A DNA stretch of 64,000 bases from Mytilus edulis (GCF_963676685.1 NC_092354.1:8494001-8558000); one strand, 5' to 3'; numbered from the stretch's first letter, positions 13,385-25,182 are shown. The notes: generated by a model from the sequence alone, not told the origin. Program-made: numbers and translations.

Positions 13385-13915
13385 ACGTGGTAGCGTGATC
13401 AACCCGAGTGCGAGAGGTCGTAGTTTGGAACCCGGCTGGATGAAAACGGAGACTTTAGAATTTGTATTTGTTGCTTCTCCGCTTAGCACGCAGCATGAAG
13501 GAGTTTGATCAAAGGATTGATTGGCTCGAATAGATAATGCTATGTCCGTTTCGGTGGACTGTTATCTTATGAACAACGTGACAATTGTCACATGTGAAGC
13601 AGTATTTTCTTCCCTTTCGGAGTTGCCGAGATCACCCCAAGCTTTTGGTGGGATGCGTGTTGCTTGTACAATGTAGGTTTTAATTTCTTTGACGTTTCTT
13701 CTTCACTATTGTTTGTCTTTTCTTTTGTAGCCATGGCGTTAGTTTACTTTCGATTTATGAGTTTGAATGTCCCTCTGGTATCTTTTACTCCTCCTTTATG
13801 AATTAGCTTGTTGAAAATCCGACTCTGCGTGTGGTTCAAGTGAAAAGGAAAGTTATTTTTCATGTTACATTAACTTGTTCTTGTCCTGAATATGCATATT
13901 TATTTCCCGCTGGAC
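13385..13915 (+). mobile_element. Diverged tRNA-derived Meta-domain SINE, interrupted by another repeat at ~13572-13797
   Basis: tRNA-like head, Meta core TTTGTATTTGTTGCTTCTCCGCTTAGCACGCAGCAT..GGAGT...TGGCTCG, and a 3' tail AACTTGTTCTTGTCCTGAATATGCA shared with the 430-bp SINE. Confidence 0.65.
13572..13797 (+). mobile_element. Diverged 3' end of the second Penelope-like family
   Basis: Matches the reverse complement of 21428-21657 (CACATGTG, GAGATCACCCC, GCCATGGCGTT, TCGATTTATGAGTTTGA). Confidence 0.7.
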
Positions 13916-14244
13916 AGTGCGAATCACCAAGATTCATCTTTTATTTCGTATTTGAATGTTTCAAAGTCATTTAAAGTCTTGCACATGTACATTAGTTAGT
14001 GTTAATTATGACCTTCAAATATAAGGCCCGCTATCTAACTTTGCAATAAGGATTTAAAGCAGTTATTTTCTTTAGCTTGACTTGTTTGCAATAAAAAAAA
14101 AATCAGTCGAAAAGTGCATTGAGAATCACACTGCTTTTCCAAGCTTCACCTGATAATGTTCGTCATTTTTATATTCAAGATTGGCATTTTTAGACGGAAA
14201 GTAAATCTTTGCAAAATGCTGTAGAAATGGATAAATACACATAA

Positions 14245-14637
14245 TGGGGACATTTCCCCATTCCATGTATATTGTTTATTTCTTCGACATAGAAAATGAC
14301 CAATTACACAGCTTGTTTTAAAGTGGGGAAATTTCCCCAATATTGTTAAGTGTTCACGTATGTGTTGTCTTCCTGTATGGATGTTTTCCCACTACTTGTA
14401 ATTTAATGGGGAAATTTCCCCATTTCGTATTCTTTTATCACCATATTGAAAGTCATATTTAATTTGGGGATATTTCCCCACTTTATTCATGATGTTAATT
14501 ACAGTTACTTACACACACTTCTCAAACTTATAATTATATTTGAAGAAAAGTGGGGATATTTCCCCAGTCTGAAGGTCTTTTTTTCTTGGGATATTTCCCC
14601 AGTCTAAAGGTCATTTTATTCCGGGGATATTTCCCCA
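14245..14637. repeat. Cluster of about 8 palindromic GGGGA(A/T)ATTTCCCCA motifs
   Basis: Copies near 14246, 14325, 14379, 14408, 14466, 14552, 14588 and 14623; the last three lie in a ~35-bp tandem unit. Confidence 0.85.
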
Positions 14638-16725
14638 TTTTCATTTATTTTTAAATTCATTATGATAATAGATGAGGAAAATTTTCAATGAGTTTCATCA
14701 TTCTGTGTTGCTGCATGAATATAAAGTTAACATCAGGTGTAATTCTGGATAAATTTTCACTAATTTTTAGCAACTGAATCGCCTCGCTTCTTCAAATAAA
14801 GATGTTTTTTACAATAAACGTTGACAATCTTTTTGTTTACCGAATTTGAAACCACACTAAAAAGAGAATAAAATAGATATTCTCTTTTTCAAATAGAACG
14901 CGTTATTTGTAACCTTTTAACATGTAAAACATACAGTGGAAATGTTTAATCCATTGCATCATTGATCATGAAAACGAGAGTTTTTTTTCAAGGTCAGTTC
15001 ATACCAGAGTTGTCTTTTAAATGTGAGTCACATATATTATAGTGTTCACCTGTTTGAGGTGTCAAACGGCATTTTCAAATTTAAGAAACGGATGAAGCAT
15101 AGACAACGTAACAATACAATTTAAATGCCAATTTGATTAAACTTTTTAAGGGCTTAGTATCTAAATTAAAAAAATGTAATTGCTTATTAATCTATATAAC
15201 ATACAGAATAATATGGTGCTTGTCATAATGAATTTCGACTTGTCAATGTTTATACACACTAGTCTATAAACGATACTTCATCAGCATATTTTGTTTTGGT
15301 ATGTTTGTCGTAATATTAAGAATCGAACTATCTTATTAAAAATGGTATCTTTCCTTCTAGAAAAATACTTCTGGTATTCTTTTCTGGAATCGAGATTTTT
15401 AACCGGCTTCTTTCTCTTTGTTTTAACCTGAACAGTCGACATACGTCCAAATGTTTATGTTTTGTTCTGAATGAGATCAATATTTTGCAAAGATTACATA
15501 ATGTGTATCAATGATCAGCCATGTCATTATGTTTATTGTTTTCAGTCTTAATCCTTCGGTCCTCCATCATCTGGTTCTTCATCCTCATCCAATAAATAAA
15601 TGTTATCCTTTAGTGTGCATGCTAGTTTAAACAAACAAATTTAATTGTAATTCACATTGCATTTAATACAACATATGATAAAACCTTCTTGGTCCCCTTG
15701 TATGTCTTTTCTGTTTAAAATGTAAGCGTCTTTATTTTCATTGGAAATAAATTGGTCTCCGGTCATGTGTCCAATTTGTCTTTTGCAAACAATATTTTCA
15801 CACGTCTTTAGAGTCAAAAACACGTTACCATTCCAATCTACTACATGGCAGTCATTGATTTTGTCTTCAATGTAAAAAAAAAAAAGGATGTATAAATTAT
15901 GAATTATGAAATAAAAGTAGATCAAATACCTTTTTTTATAAACATCCATGACATTTGGTCTAAGTCTGATAGTTTATCATTTGCAACCATTCCACATCTC
16001 CTTGGTCTTATATTGCAACAATTGTGACTAATTTTTTTTATTTCTTTCGAGTCGAGAAAGTTTGTTTATGACGTAGGACGATTGTTCCCTCAAATACTTT
16101 GAAACATATAAGATGGTTGAAAAGTAAGGTACCTGCAAGATTGATAAGGTGTTCACGTAAAACTGATATAGCAACTGCATTTGGTAAAAACTCATTATTT
16201 GCAGATCTACCAGATTCCGTATTTAAAATGTGTCGGGGAGATGACATTTTTGACTTAATGGCTATATATGATCACACGTGTTCACGCTTGTTGTTGAAAA
16301 CTTTTCTGTCTGAAAAGTCAGTGTCAGATGTTTGCTTCTTGACAAAGAAAAATGAAATTCATGGAAAAGACTATACCAACACTTTAACTTTTACATACAT
16401 ATATATCTATATATTGGACATCAAAATTACTGTGAATGTCCTAATCAGAATTAAAAAAAAAAAGTATACTTTATTGTAGGTTTAACATGGGTATGCATTA
16501 TACATGTATTTGTGTCAATTAAGCTTTCACTATCACCTGAGCAAAAATAATCAGGAATTTAATGCCAACCCATGCTAAAACTACAATAAAGTATAGCTTG
16601 CATCAATTATGTCTTATACAGTATATTATTCAAATGTTTCATGTTCTTCTGCTGTTAGAGTCTAAAATATTTTGATGGATTTATATAATTATTCCCAAAT
16701 ATTTTCAAAGTTATTTCATACATAC

Positions 16726-16897
16726 CTTTGCTACCACTCCTTTAATTGAACCAACATTTGTCTTCTTTGGAGAGGTTTCCGCATCAAGAGTGGTGAATTT
16801 TTTCTGTTTTATATCATCAATTTTTGCTTTGATTTCTAGTGGAATAGGTACTGGTTTGCTGATGAAAACTTGAGTCTTTTTGTTTATTATTATTTCT
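16726..16897 (-). pseudogene. Isolated exon, possibly from an OB-fold (RPA-like) protein
   Basis: ttctttacAG acceptor and AAG|gtatgt donor. Open frame EIIINKKTQVFISKPVPIPLE...TSPKKTNVGSIKGVVAK. The domain call is tentative. Confidence 0.35.
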
Positions 16898-17305
16898 CTG
16901 TAAAGAAAAGAAAGTTACTGTAAATTTTATCTATTGTAGTTCTAATAACTGCGACAATCAATTACACTGTTAAAAGTATAGCATACAATGATGTAGAAGA
17001 TTGAGAAAATATGATGTTTTGACTGTTCGTTTTTTATTTAATTTTATTTTGAGAATCAAGATGGAAAAAATGTTGCTGATTGATACACTGATAAATCATA
17101 ATATAAAATTATATGAGGTCAGGATCCGGTAATGCTGTTATGAAATTTTCATGTCTCACCAGGCTCCCCCTTTGGTAGGAAAGTTTGACTAATAATATAT
17201 AAAGAATATTTTAAGCATAACTTGAGTGGTTCCCTCTTAGGTCAGTCAGCTTCACCCCGAACTCTTTATGAAAAGTTCTGGATTTGCCACTGGTGACTTT
17301 GATAG

Positions 17306-18179
17306 GTGATTAGAATAAAACTAGGACTTTTGCCATTAGAAACTTTCATAAAAACCCAAACTATGATGTACCTATCTAGATTAAATAATGAAAATCTAAA
17401 CCCACTTCTTAATGAAGCCTTTAAATTAACTAAAAGTTTAGATACCAAGGGAACATACTCTTGGTATACTTTTGCAAAAAATGTGTCACAAGATATAAAT
17501 ATTGACATTAAACTTATTGAGGAAACTAAAACTTTAAAACAGACTAAAATGTTAAAACCCCAATTAAAAAAAAGTTATATCAACTATTATCAAACTGTTA
17601 TTGATGATAAAATAAATAACTTAAATGAAAATAATAAAATATATCTATATAAATTTCTTAAATCTAATATAAATAACCAAATGCAATACTATCTATCACA
17701 CCCAAGTAAAGAGACAAGAAAAATGTTAACCAAATTTAGAATAAGCGAACATTGTCTCTTCATAGAAACTGGACGATATACCAAAATACCACGAAATGAA
17801 AGAAAATGTAAAATATGTAATATCTTAGACGATGAATTTCATTTTTTCTTCAACTGTAAAATAAATAAAAATATAAGAGAAATCTTTCTAAAATATTATA
17901 TACAAAAATATGTAAATTTTAATACACTTAATTTTACTGATAAACTCGTAATAATACTTAATCCATCAACACCAAATGATGTAAAAGCAGTTGTTTCTTT
18001 TATTAAAGAGTCATTAGAACTGAGGAAAGGAGAACAGTAACTATTTTTATCATATTTCTTATAATATTGTCGAGTTTTCATTATGTTTCATTATGTTTGT
18101 TTGTCAATGTATTTGCCACAACCAAAATTGGTTTTTGTATGTTTTGCAAATAAAGATATATTAAAATATAATAATAATG
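17306..18179 (+). mobile_element. 5'-truncated LINE (RTE-X-like): ORF2 C-terminus and 3' UTR
   Basis: 244-aa ORF with LGLLPLE...SW...LTKFRISEHCLFIETGRYTKIPRNERKCKICNILDDEFHFFFNC (C-terminal CCHC region). Followed by AATAAA and a (TAA)n tail. Confidence 0.85.
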
Positions 18180-18689
18180 TCGATGTGCACCATGATGACG
18201 AGAATGGCATTTTAAGAAATATGCTGCATCTTCAATAGATAACGGACATGGGTGTGTTTGTCTAGAGTCTATGATAAACATCCCGTCTTTCATCACACGA
18301 ATTGCCAGCCAGTTCGTACTTTTCAAACGTACCAGTAAATCGCATGCCTCAGCTTTTGCTCGATGTACCAATAGTAAATGTATTTCTGTAGGTGGTAAAT
18401 CTACAATAGCGTCGGCACTTACTCCAAGTGATATTCCTTTTGCTTCTAGTGTTGCAGATATGACCTCGTAACTTTAGAAACCTTCTCCGTCATGTAAAGG
18501 TACCGCTCGCTCTAAAATACATAATGCTGGATTGTTTATCATATTTGTGCACATTAATTCCTTGATTTCATCTGAGTCAAGGTTCCAGATGCCATATTAC
18601 TGATTGATAAATTAGAAAATAAGTAAATGAAAATTAATAACATTGCAATAATAGTTTTAAGGACTTCACTTATAGTCCAGTGAATATAT

Positions 18690-19810
18690 TGTACTGCATA
18701 TTTTTATGTTAATACTTTTCTGTAAATGTTCAAATGCTGTTTCAAAGGATTTATGGACAGCGCTCGCATTATGGTTTAAACTCCATAGTGAGGTGTTGCC
18801 ACCTCACCGGAAGCTGGGGAGCCAGACTTGCCCCGACACACCTCCTGACCCTGAGCCACCCCCTGAGGTGAGGTTGTCAGGAGAGGTGAGGTTGCTGCCG
18901 TGGCCTTCTTCTTGGCAGCTCTGCTCTTCTTGTTGGACCTAGACTTCCTCTTCTTCTTGGTCTTCTTCACCTCCCCCTTCCCATCAACCCCTTCAGACCC
19001 CCCTTCGGACTTTAGATGGTTTAAATCGTCTGAGATCCACACAATGCTCTCAGTTACTAGACTGGTATCTCTGCATTGTTTTTCCGGACACTTGTAGTAG
19101 GCTACTATTGGATGGACTGTTATTTGTCGGTACTGCCAGTTGGCTACTTGAATTTCGTCTTGATAGAAAGTTCTGTAGTTTTCTGCAAAATCAGCAACAA
19201 GAAGCACCCAGTCTGCTGGTAGATTCTTTTTCAGGTGATATAACAATTAGACAAACAACAATAGCAAAGATAAAAATGCAACTTCCTGGATCATCTCTTC
19301 AATAAAATCTCGAGGTGATGCATTATTGGAAACCAGGTCTTTTCTTAGTTTTGGTAGTTCCTTTGATTGTTTTACCTTTTTCACATCTTTACATGCATTT
19401 TTAATATATACAAATTTATTTGAATGCATAATATATCATAAAACGAGTTTCAAAACATAATAACTTTAGTTTTATTTGCCCAGGAGTAGACATTATAGGC
19501 ATTATCTTTCGTCTGTTGTTTTTCACCGGTGTTCACGCTATTCTTTTCATTTTAGTACATGAAAATGCCTCGTCCATTTTACCTTTCAATACTTTTTTAT
19601 CTATACATAATTGGTCCTTTTTTTTGTCAATACGTGCATCTTTTCCAAAGTCATAATCGACATTTTACTAGCATTTTTTTTAAGCAACCATCCTTTTGGA
19701 AATCTGGCAAAACTGCATCATGCTTCCAAGTAAAAATTCGTCCATATTGCTGTAAAGAAATTTGCAAGATTCACACTGCAACTGCACGCTTTCTGTTTCG
19801 GCCATGGTGA
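18690..19810 (-). pseudogene. Sola2-like DDE transposase remnant interrupted by a 235-bp insertion
   Basis: LKKNLPADWVLLVADFAENYRTFYQDEIQVANWQYRQITVHPIVAYY...WISDDLNH, which resumes after the insertion as NASAVHKSFETAFEHL. The superfamily is assigned from memory. Confidence 0.7.
18781..19015 (-). mobile_element. TSD-flanked GC-rich insertion homologous to 36496-36683
   Basis: Direct repeat ATGGTTTAAA at 18771-18780 and 19016-19025. Encodes EVKKTKKKRKSRSNKKSRAAKKKA...SGSPASGEVATPH. Confidence 0.8.
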
Positions 19811-20381
19811 ATGAAGTTGTCACGTGGTCTCTCCACTTGCTACCTGGGTCTCGAAATAGAGAAGCGGTAGCTCTCCAGTAGACCAGCTGTTCCCAAACGA
19901 ACTATCGCGGATCGATCCTGCAGACCAAACAAATACGCCTCAGGAGTAAATTTTGTTTATACGCCAGACGCGCTCTTTATCTTCTATTGCTGCAACAACA
20001 GATTATAAATCTTCCATCATTTCTATCCTTTGCTTGTTATGAACACCATCCCTTATATTTAACAGTGCAAATATTGAAAAGTTAGAGTTGATCTGAGATG
20101 TTAAGCATTCTTTCCGAGGAAACCTCCTTTATTCCTTGAGTACTTCATCAATTTAGAAATGTCACTTGGGTTGACCTTTTCCCCAAGATATGTTACCAGC
20201 CTGAAAAACATCGCTCAAATAAACTCATCATAGATACCAGGACTAAATTATCACTTTACCCGGTAGAAAATCGGGCAACCTTTATGTCCTGTTTGAGCGC
20301 CCAACCTACATTTTGATCTGCTATCATCATTGTCATGTCGTTTTTAACACTTTCACCTTCAGTACTTCTAAGTGTTCTAAT

Positions 20382-20814
20382 CCCCAAGGGTGACTGGGGT
20401 ATAGAAATATGGTCACTTGGTCTTCTCCCGACCGGCAGTAAAACGCTTGCTGAAGTGGGGCGTCCGTTTGGCTGTGCGGGATGTATCAAGTTCGCAGTCA
20501 CGCCCGTCAGAAGGGGACGTTAAATCCGATGCCTCGTGTAAAGAGAGTGCCACGCTCTTTGCACGGTAAGAACCCTTGCAACAACCCTTTGAGGGGTCCG
20601 TAGGTGGCCTGTTGCAAGGCAAAATTTCTGTCCCTATCCAATATACCCTCATTTTCCAGTGGCAGTCCAAATTTCCCCGACCATCATCCTAGATGGCCTT
20701 TATTACAACAACCTACCTATTGTATTTATTGTGAACTTGTTCTCGTCCTGAATATGCATGAAATATTTGCCACTGGACGTTAAGCAACCAACAATCAATC
20801 AATCAATCAATCAA
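20382..20814 (+). mobile_element. ~430-bp SINE (Nin/Deu-like core, (AATC)n tail), full length
   Basis: Starts CCCCAAGGGTGACTGGGG, core GGGGACGTTAAATCCGATGCCTCGTG...GCACG.TAAGAACCC, tail (CAAT)n. 13-bp TSD TCTAAGTGTTCTA at 20367-20379 and 20815-20827. Confidence 0.9.
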
Positions 20815-20996
20815 TCTAAGTGTTCTAGATTGGTATAGCAGGTTTCTGCCTACTTCTTCCTTACTCGGTCATATGTAGAGGTTTAAGGATTCGATTCAAA
20901 CATATGCCTCTCTAAATTAACCTGTCTTTTGTTGGTCTACATGATATTATAATGTTCCATGTATATATCCAGGCAATTTAATAAAATCACTGTAAG

Positions 20997-21397
20997 GTCA
21001 CGTCGTCTTCTCCCGACAGGCAATAATACGCTTGCCGAAGTGGGGCGTCCGTTTGACTGTGCGGGATGTATCAAGCTCGCAGTCACGTACGGTCAAAATG
21101 GGGACTTAAAATCCGATGCCTCGTTTTAAAAGAGTGCCAGTCTTTGCACGTTAAGAACCCTTGCAACAACTCTTTGGGGAGTCCGAAGGTGGCCTGTTGC
21201 AAGGCATAATTTCTGTCCCTATCCCATATACCCTCATTTTCCAGTGGCAGTCCAAATTTCTCCGGCCATCATCCCAGATGGCCTCTCTTGTGACAAGACC
21301 TACCTATTGTATTAATTGTGAACTTGTTCTCGTCCTGAATATGAATGAAATATTTGCCACTGGGCGTTAGGCAACCAACAATCAATTAATAAATCAA
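20997..21397 (+). mobile_element. Same SINE, diverged and 5'-shortened
   Basis: Colinear similarity to 20410-20810. Confidence 0.85.
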
Positions 21398-21427
21398 ATT
21401 TAAAATTTGAAATAGAGTTTACCCCTT

Positions 21428-21883
21428 TAAAAGACGGAGGAAAGATCCCAGAGGTACAGTCAAACTCATAAATCGAAAATAAACTGACAACGCCATGGCT
21501 AAAACTGAAAAGGACAAACACAAACAATAGTACACACAACACAACAAAGAAAACTAAAGAATAAACAACACGAACCCAACCAAAAACTAGGGGTGATCTC
21601 AGGTGCTCCGGAAGGGTAGCAAATCCTGCTCCACATGTGGCACCCGTCGTGTTGCTTATGAGATATCAAATCCGGTAAATGGTCTCATTCGGTAGGTCAC
21701 ATTTATGAAAAGGAAGTGGATTGTAGTTACGACGATAGGAACATATCTGATATCATTTGTGAAACGGTTATTTCATAACGGTCTACCAACTCGTGATGGC
21801 GTCCGTAAAATTTACGAAGAGATGATTTCAACTTGACCATTTAGAACTCTTGATTTAATAGCTTCCTTGTGAGCAACAACCCT
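21428..21883 (-). mobile_element. 3' end of a second Penelope-like (Naiad-type) family: RT C-terminus and structured 3' UTR
   Basis: Minus strand reads GLLLTRKLLNQEF*MVKLKSSLRKFYGRHHELVDRYEITVSQM, homologous to ITEKLLHQGFRYHKLVKTFTKFYHRYKDIIRKY in ORF 24169-25182. Another fragment lies at ~27140-27225 (+). Confidence 0.8.
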
Positions 21884-22043
21884 GGAAGAAATTGATGATG
21901 AAATGTTGAAATAAATTCACAAAACTTAAATCTGCAAAACGGGGTACCTTCCCTTTCAAAACAAAAAAAAGAAATCTGAATGAATTCAACAGACGAAGTC
22001 ATTAATACATGTAATGAACGATTGAAATTAATTCATAAAACAA

Positions 22044-22345
22044 AGGAGTAGGTCCGGTAAGGGCCGATTTCGGTCTCAATATTCAAGTTCATCTAACGAA
22101 AGATTTTAGACACTTTCTAAACACTTAAGTGCCTATTTCAATTGATGCAATAAGTTTATGTGAAAGATTTTAACTTATGAAGTCATTAAAAACGCTCCGA
22201 TTGAAGCTTAAATCTGAAAAATCTATCAAATATGCCAAAAATCGTCACTTTTCAGATGTTTTTTTGTCAAAAATGAAAGTGGCCGCATCTGTGGTCATCC
22301 TCAATCTTTATATATATTATGTATTATCATCAAAACGCATTAAAT
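22044..22345 (+). mobile_element. Truncated copy of the TIR element at 44243-44820
   Basis: AGGAGTAGGTCCGGTAAGGGCCGATTT... colinear with 44243-44540. Confidence 0.8.
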
Positions 22346-22407
22346 ATAAGAGCAGAACAAAATTTGGAATAAATTCCTTATTTTTTATTTTACCATGTAC
22401 AACTTAC

Positions 22408-22745
22408 CGATTTTTGTTTTCTCTTGCACAATTGTCCATTTGAAGGTATTAAATGTCTGGAATTGAATCCTATAAAAGAAAATAATACATGAACCAGGAT
22501 TGTTAAGGTTAAATTCGTAGAATGAGGCCATTGAAATTGGTAAAAACAGCCCTAAACCCCTACGTCATGAACAATGGTACCGACTAAGTGCGTTCTCAAG
22601 CGCCACATTCCTGACATAAATTTGCTCATATGCATAAAATTTGGTATCAATGTCTTCTGCTGGTCCATTCCATCAATTATGATGGACATATATTTGTTTG
22701 GCTCCTTTCTGCTCTTAGCACAATGTTTGTAATTCTTTTGTCTCT
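22408..22745 (-). pseudogene. Sola1-like transposase remnant (not in the ORF track)
   Basis: KEPNKYMSIIIDGMDQQKTLIPNF...LRTHLVGTIVH...QWPHSTNLTL...YLQMDNCARENKNR|gtaagt, with internal stops. Confidence 0.75.
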
Positions 22746-23059
22746 ATCACATATACCATCTGGGGCAAATAATAAGTTCAATGGGGCATATCTCATAGAA
22801 AAAATTGAATCATACATCAAAAGCTTCCACCAATTAAACTACATAGTCATTAACAGCAAAGTTTTATATTTTATCATAATCCTTCTGTGTGCTATCAGAC
22901 CTGTTTATTGAGAACTTTATATTTTATATGGTATTGACGTAAAGACTTTTAAAATAGAGTTTTATTGTTTGCTCATATATTGTGCTGTAAGAATAATGTC
23001 TAAGGGGGAAGCTGTAATTTTAGTGAATGCCCTGGGAAACCAGTATTTAATATTTATTC

Positions 23060-23211
23060 TAGTGGCAGTCCAAATTTCCCCGACCATCATCCCAGATGAC
23101 CTCTATCGTATCAACCTACCTATTGTATTTATTGTGAACTTGTTCTCGTCCTGAATATGCATGAAATATCTGCCACTGGACGTTAAGCAATCAACAATCA
23201 ATCAATCAATC
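23060..23211 (+). mobile_element. 3' fragment of the 430-bp SINE
   Basis: GTGGCAGTCCAAATTTCCCCGACC through to the (CAAT)n tail. Confidence 0.85.
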
Positions 23212-23947
23212 TTGATACTACAATAAATAGAGCCAACAATGTATATTGTAAACTTACCTTTGTCTTAGTATTGTCATCAGTACATTCTGTTGTTACTTTT
23301 CTTTTCTTCTTTTGTGATGGTGTCTTCTGTGGTGGTGTTTTTCCATTACTTTCATTGATCTTCTTTCTTTTAGGAGTTTCACTTTTTGGAATGGTCAAGT
23401 TATATTTTGTACCATTTAGATTTCCATTGGTTTGCTTGTATGAACTATAAGTTGTTTGAAGCCTTTTGAAATTACATCTAGCTCCTTTTTGTCCTTTTCA
23501 TCTGTTAAAAACATAAAATTTGGGTGAATACTGGTTGTCGAATTCCCATATGGAATTTACTGACCCCATATATACCCATTACGTCACTGGCACCCTATGT
23601 AATTTAGACTAGTGACCTATAAAAATGAGCAAGTCTTCAATACAGGTAGCATTAACATGATTAAGAAACTACTTCCTATGATCCTACAAAAACAGATGCC
23701 AAAAATGACAACTTGTTAGATTTAAATATGTTTTATGAATTTATTTCAATTTATCATCACTTTTTTCGTCTGTTGAAACCTTTAAGATTTTTTCTCAGTA
23801 CTGTTTTTGTTTTTCCAAAGGCACGTAACACCACTACTAACCATGTCTGAAATAATCCCCGCCTCCTTATTACCTTATATGGAATATAAAGAGACGTAAC
23901 TTTACTACTAACCGTATATGAAATAAGCCCCGTCACCCAACTAACCT

Positions 23948-25182
23948 TCAAGCCATTGTTCAACTACTAAATTGTCTATTCTTCTTACCAGCACACTTGG
24001 TACAATTAAAAACCTTATAATAAATTGTTCAAATAAGGCCTTCGAAAATAGTGGAATAAATTACTTCTGGAGTGTCAAGAACTCGTTGGAAGTACTTGAT
24101 AAATTGCATGCTTATATTGGTGATTTTGAATCTATTCAAAGTTTTGATTTTTCTACCCTGTATCCACATTGCCTCACATTCTCATTAAGAAAAAATTCAC
24201 ACACCTAATTAAATGGGCATTCAAAAAATCAGAATGTGAATATATATGTTCAAACTCTTTTAGGTCATTTTTTAGTAGCAATAAACAAAAAAACTATGTT
24301 AATTGGACATGCTTTGATACTATATATGCCCTTGAATTTTTACTAGATAACATTTTTGTTCGCTTTGGGGATTCCGTATATCGTCAGATTATCGGAATTC
24401 CAATGGGGACTAACTGTGCACCACTTATTGCGGACCTCTTTTTGTATTGTTATGAGTTACAATTTATGACAAAAATAAGCAAAGACCCATCAAAACAACA
24501 TCTGATAAACAAATTTAATAATACTTTTAGATATTTGGATGATATTTTGGCTCTCAATAATGACGACTTCAGTATGTATATTAATGAAATTTATCCGGCT
24601 GAACTTACTTTAAATAAAGCTAATACTAACAATGACCACTGCCCTTTCCTCGATCTTGATATCTATATCACTAACGGAAAGCTGAATACTAAAATTTATG
24701 ATAAAAGGGATGATTTTTCATTTCCTATCGTTAATTATCCGTTTTTAGATGGTGACGTTCCCTTGTCACCATCTTACGGTGTTTATATTTCTCAACTTGT
24801 ACGATTCGCTCGTGTATGTAACAATGTTTTAGATTTTAACGAGAGAAATTTATGTATTACTGAAAAATTATTACACCAGGGTTTTCGATATCACAAACTA
24901 GTCAAAACATTTACTAAATTTTATCATCGGTATAAAGACATCATTCGTAAATATAGCTCAACATGCAGACTTCTTATACGTTCAGGTATTTCACATCCAA
25001 TTTTTTATGGAAATATTCTTTATAAAGCACAAAGGTGTCAGTATTCACCTCAGAAACTTAAAAAACCTTTGAATAGACTTATTAAGAAGGGATATAATTA
25101 CGATACTGTTGTCAAGTCATTAAAGATTGCATATTTTGGCGTTAATATTGAGTCACTGATAAGGTCTTTGCGTCGGAACTAA
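23948..25182 (+). pseudogene. Penelope-like reverse transcriptase (frameshift near 24163), with no C-terminal endonuclease
   Basis: SFDFSTLY(T)TLPH, QIIGIPMGTNCAPLIADLFL, FRYLDD, FLDLDI, YDKRDDFSFPIVNYPFLDGDVP..SYGVYISQLVRFARVC. ORFs 23972-24208 and 24169-25182 join via a 1-nt deletion. Ends TAA. Confidence 0.92.

Noticed and set aside
15200-16480. Possible Ulp1-like protease exons on the minus strand
   Set aside because: Too degraded; no convincing catalytic motif.
20410-20460. HDV-like ribozyme in the SINE head
   Set aside because: Only a 4-bp P1 and a 2-bp P3 can be formed, so the canonical nested double pseudoknot is not supported.
20256-20670. Recurrent ORFs such as MTANLIHPAQPNGRP and MRVYWIGTEILPCN (also near 26803, 52642, 60565)
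   Set aside because: All lie within copies of a non-coding SINE and their frames are not conserved between copies.
21655-21715. SECIS in the second Penelope family UTR
   Set aside because: GUGA and UGAU are present, but there is no 11-13-bp helix II with an apical AA.
23259-23501. Lys-rich exon-like segment with good splice sites on the minus strand
   Set aside because: Contains stops and a frameshift, has no recognisable domain, and cannot be linked to a gene.
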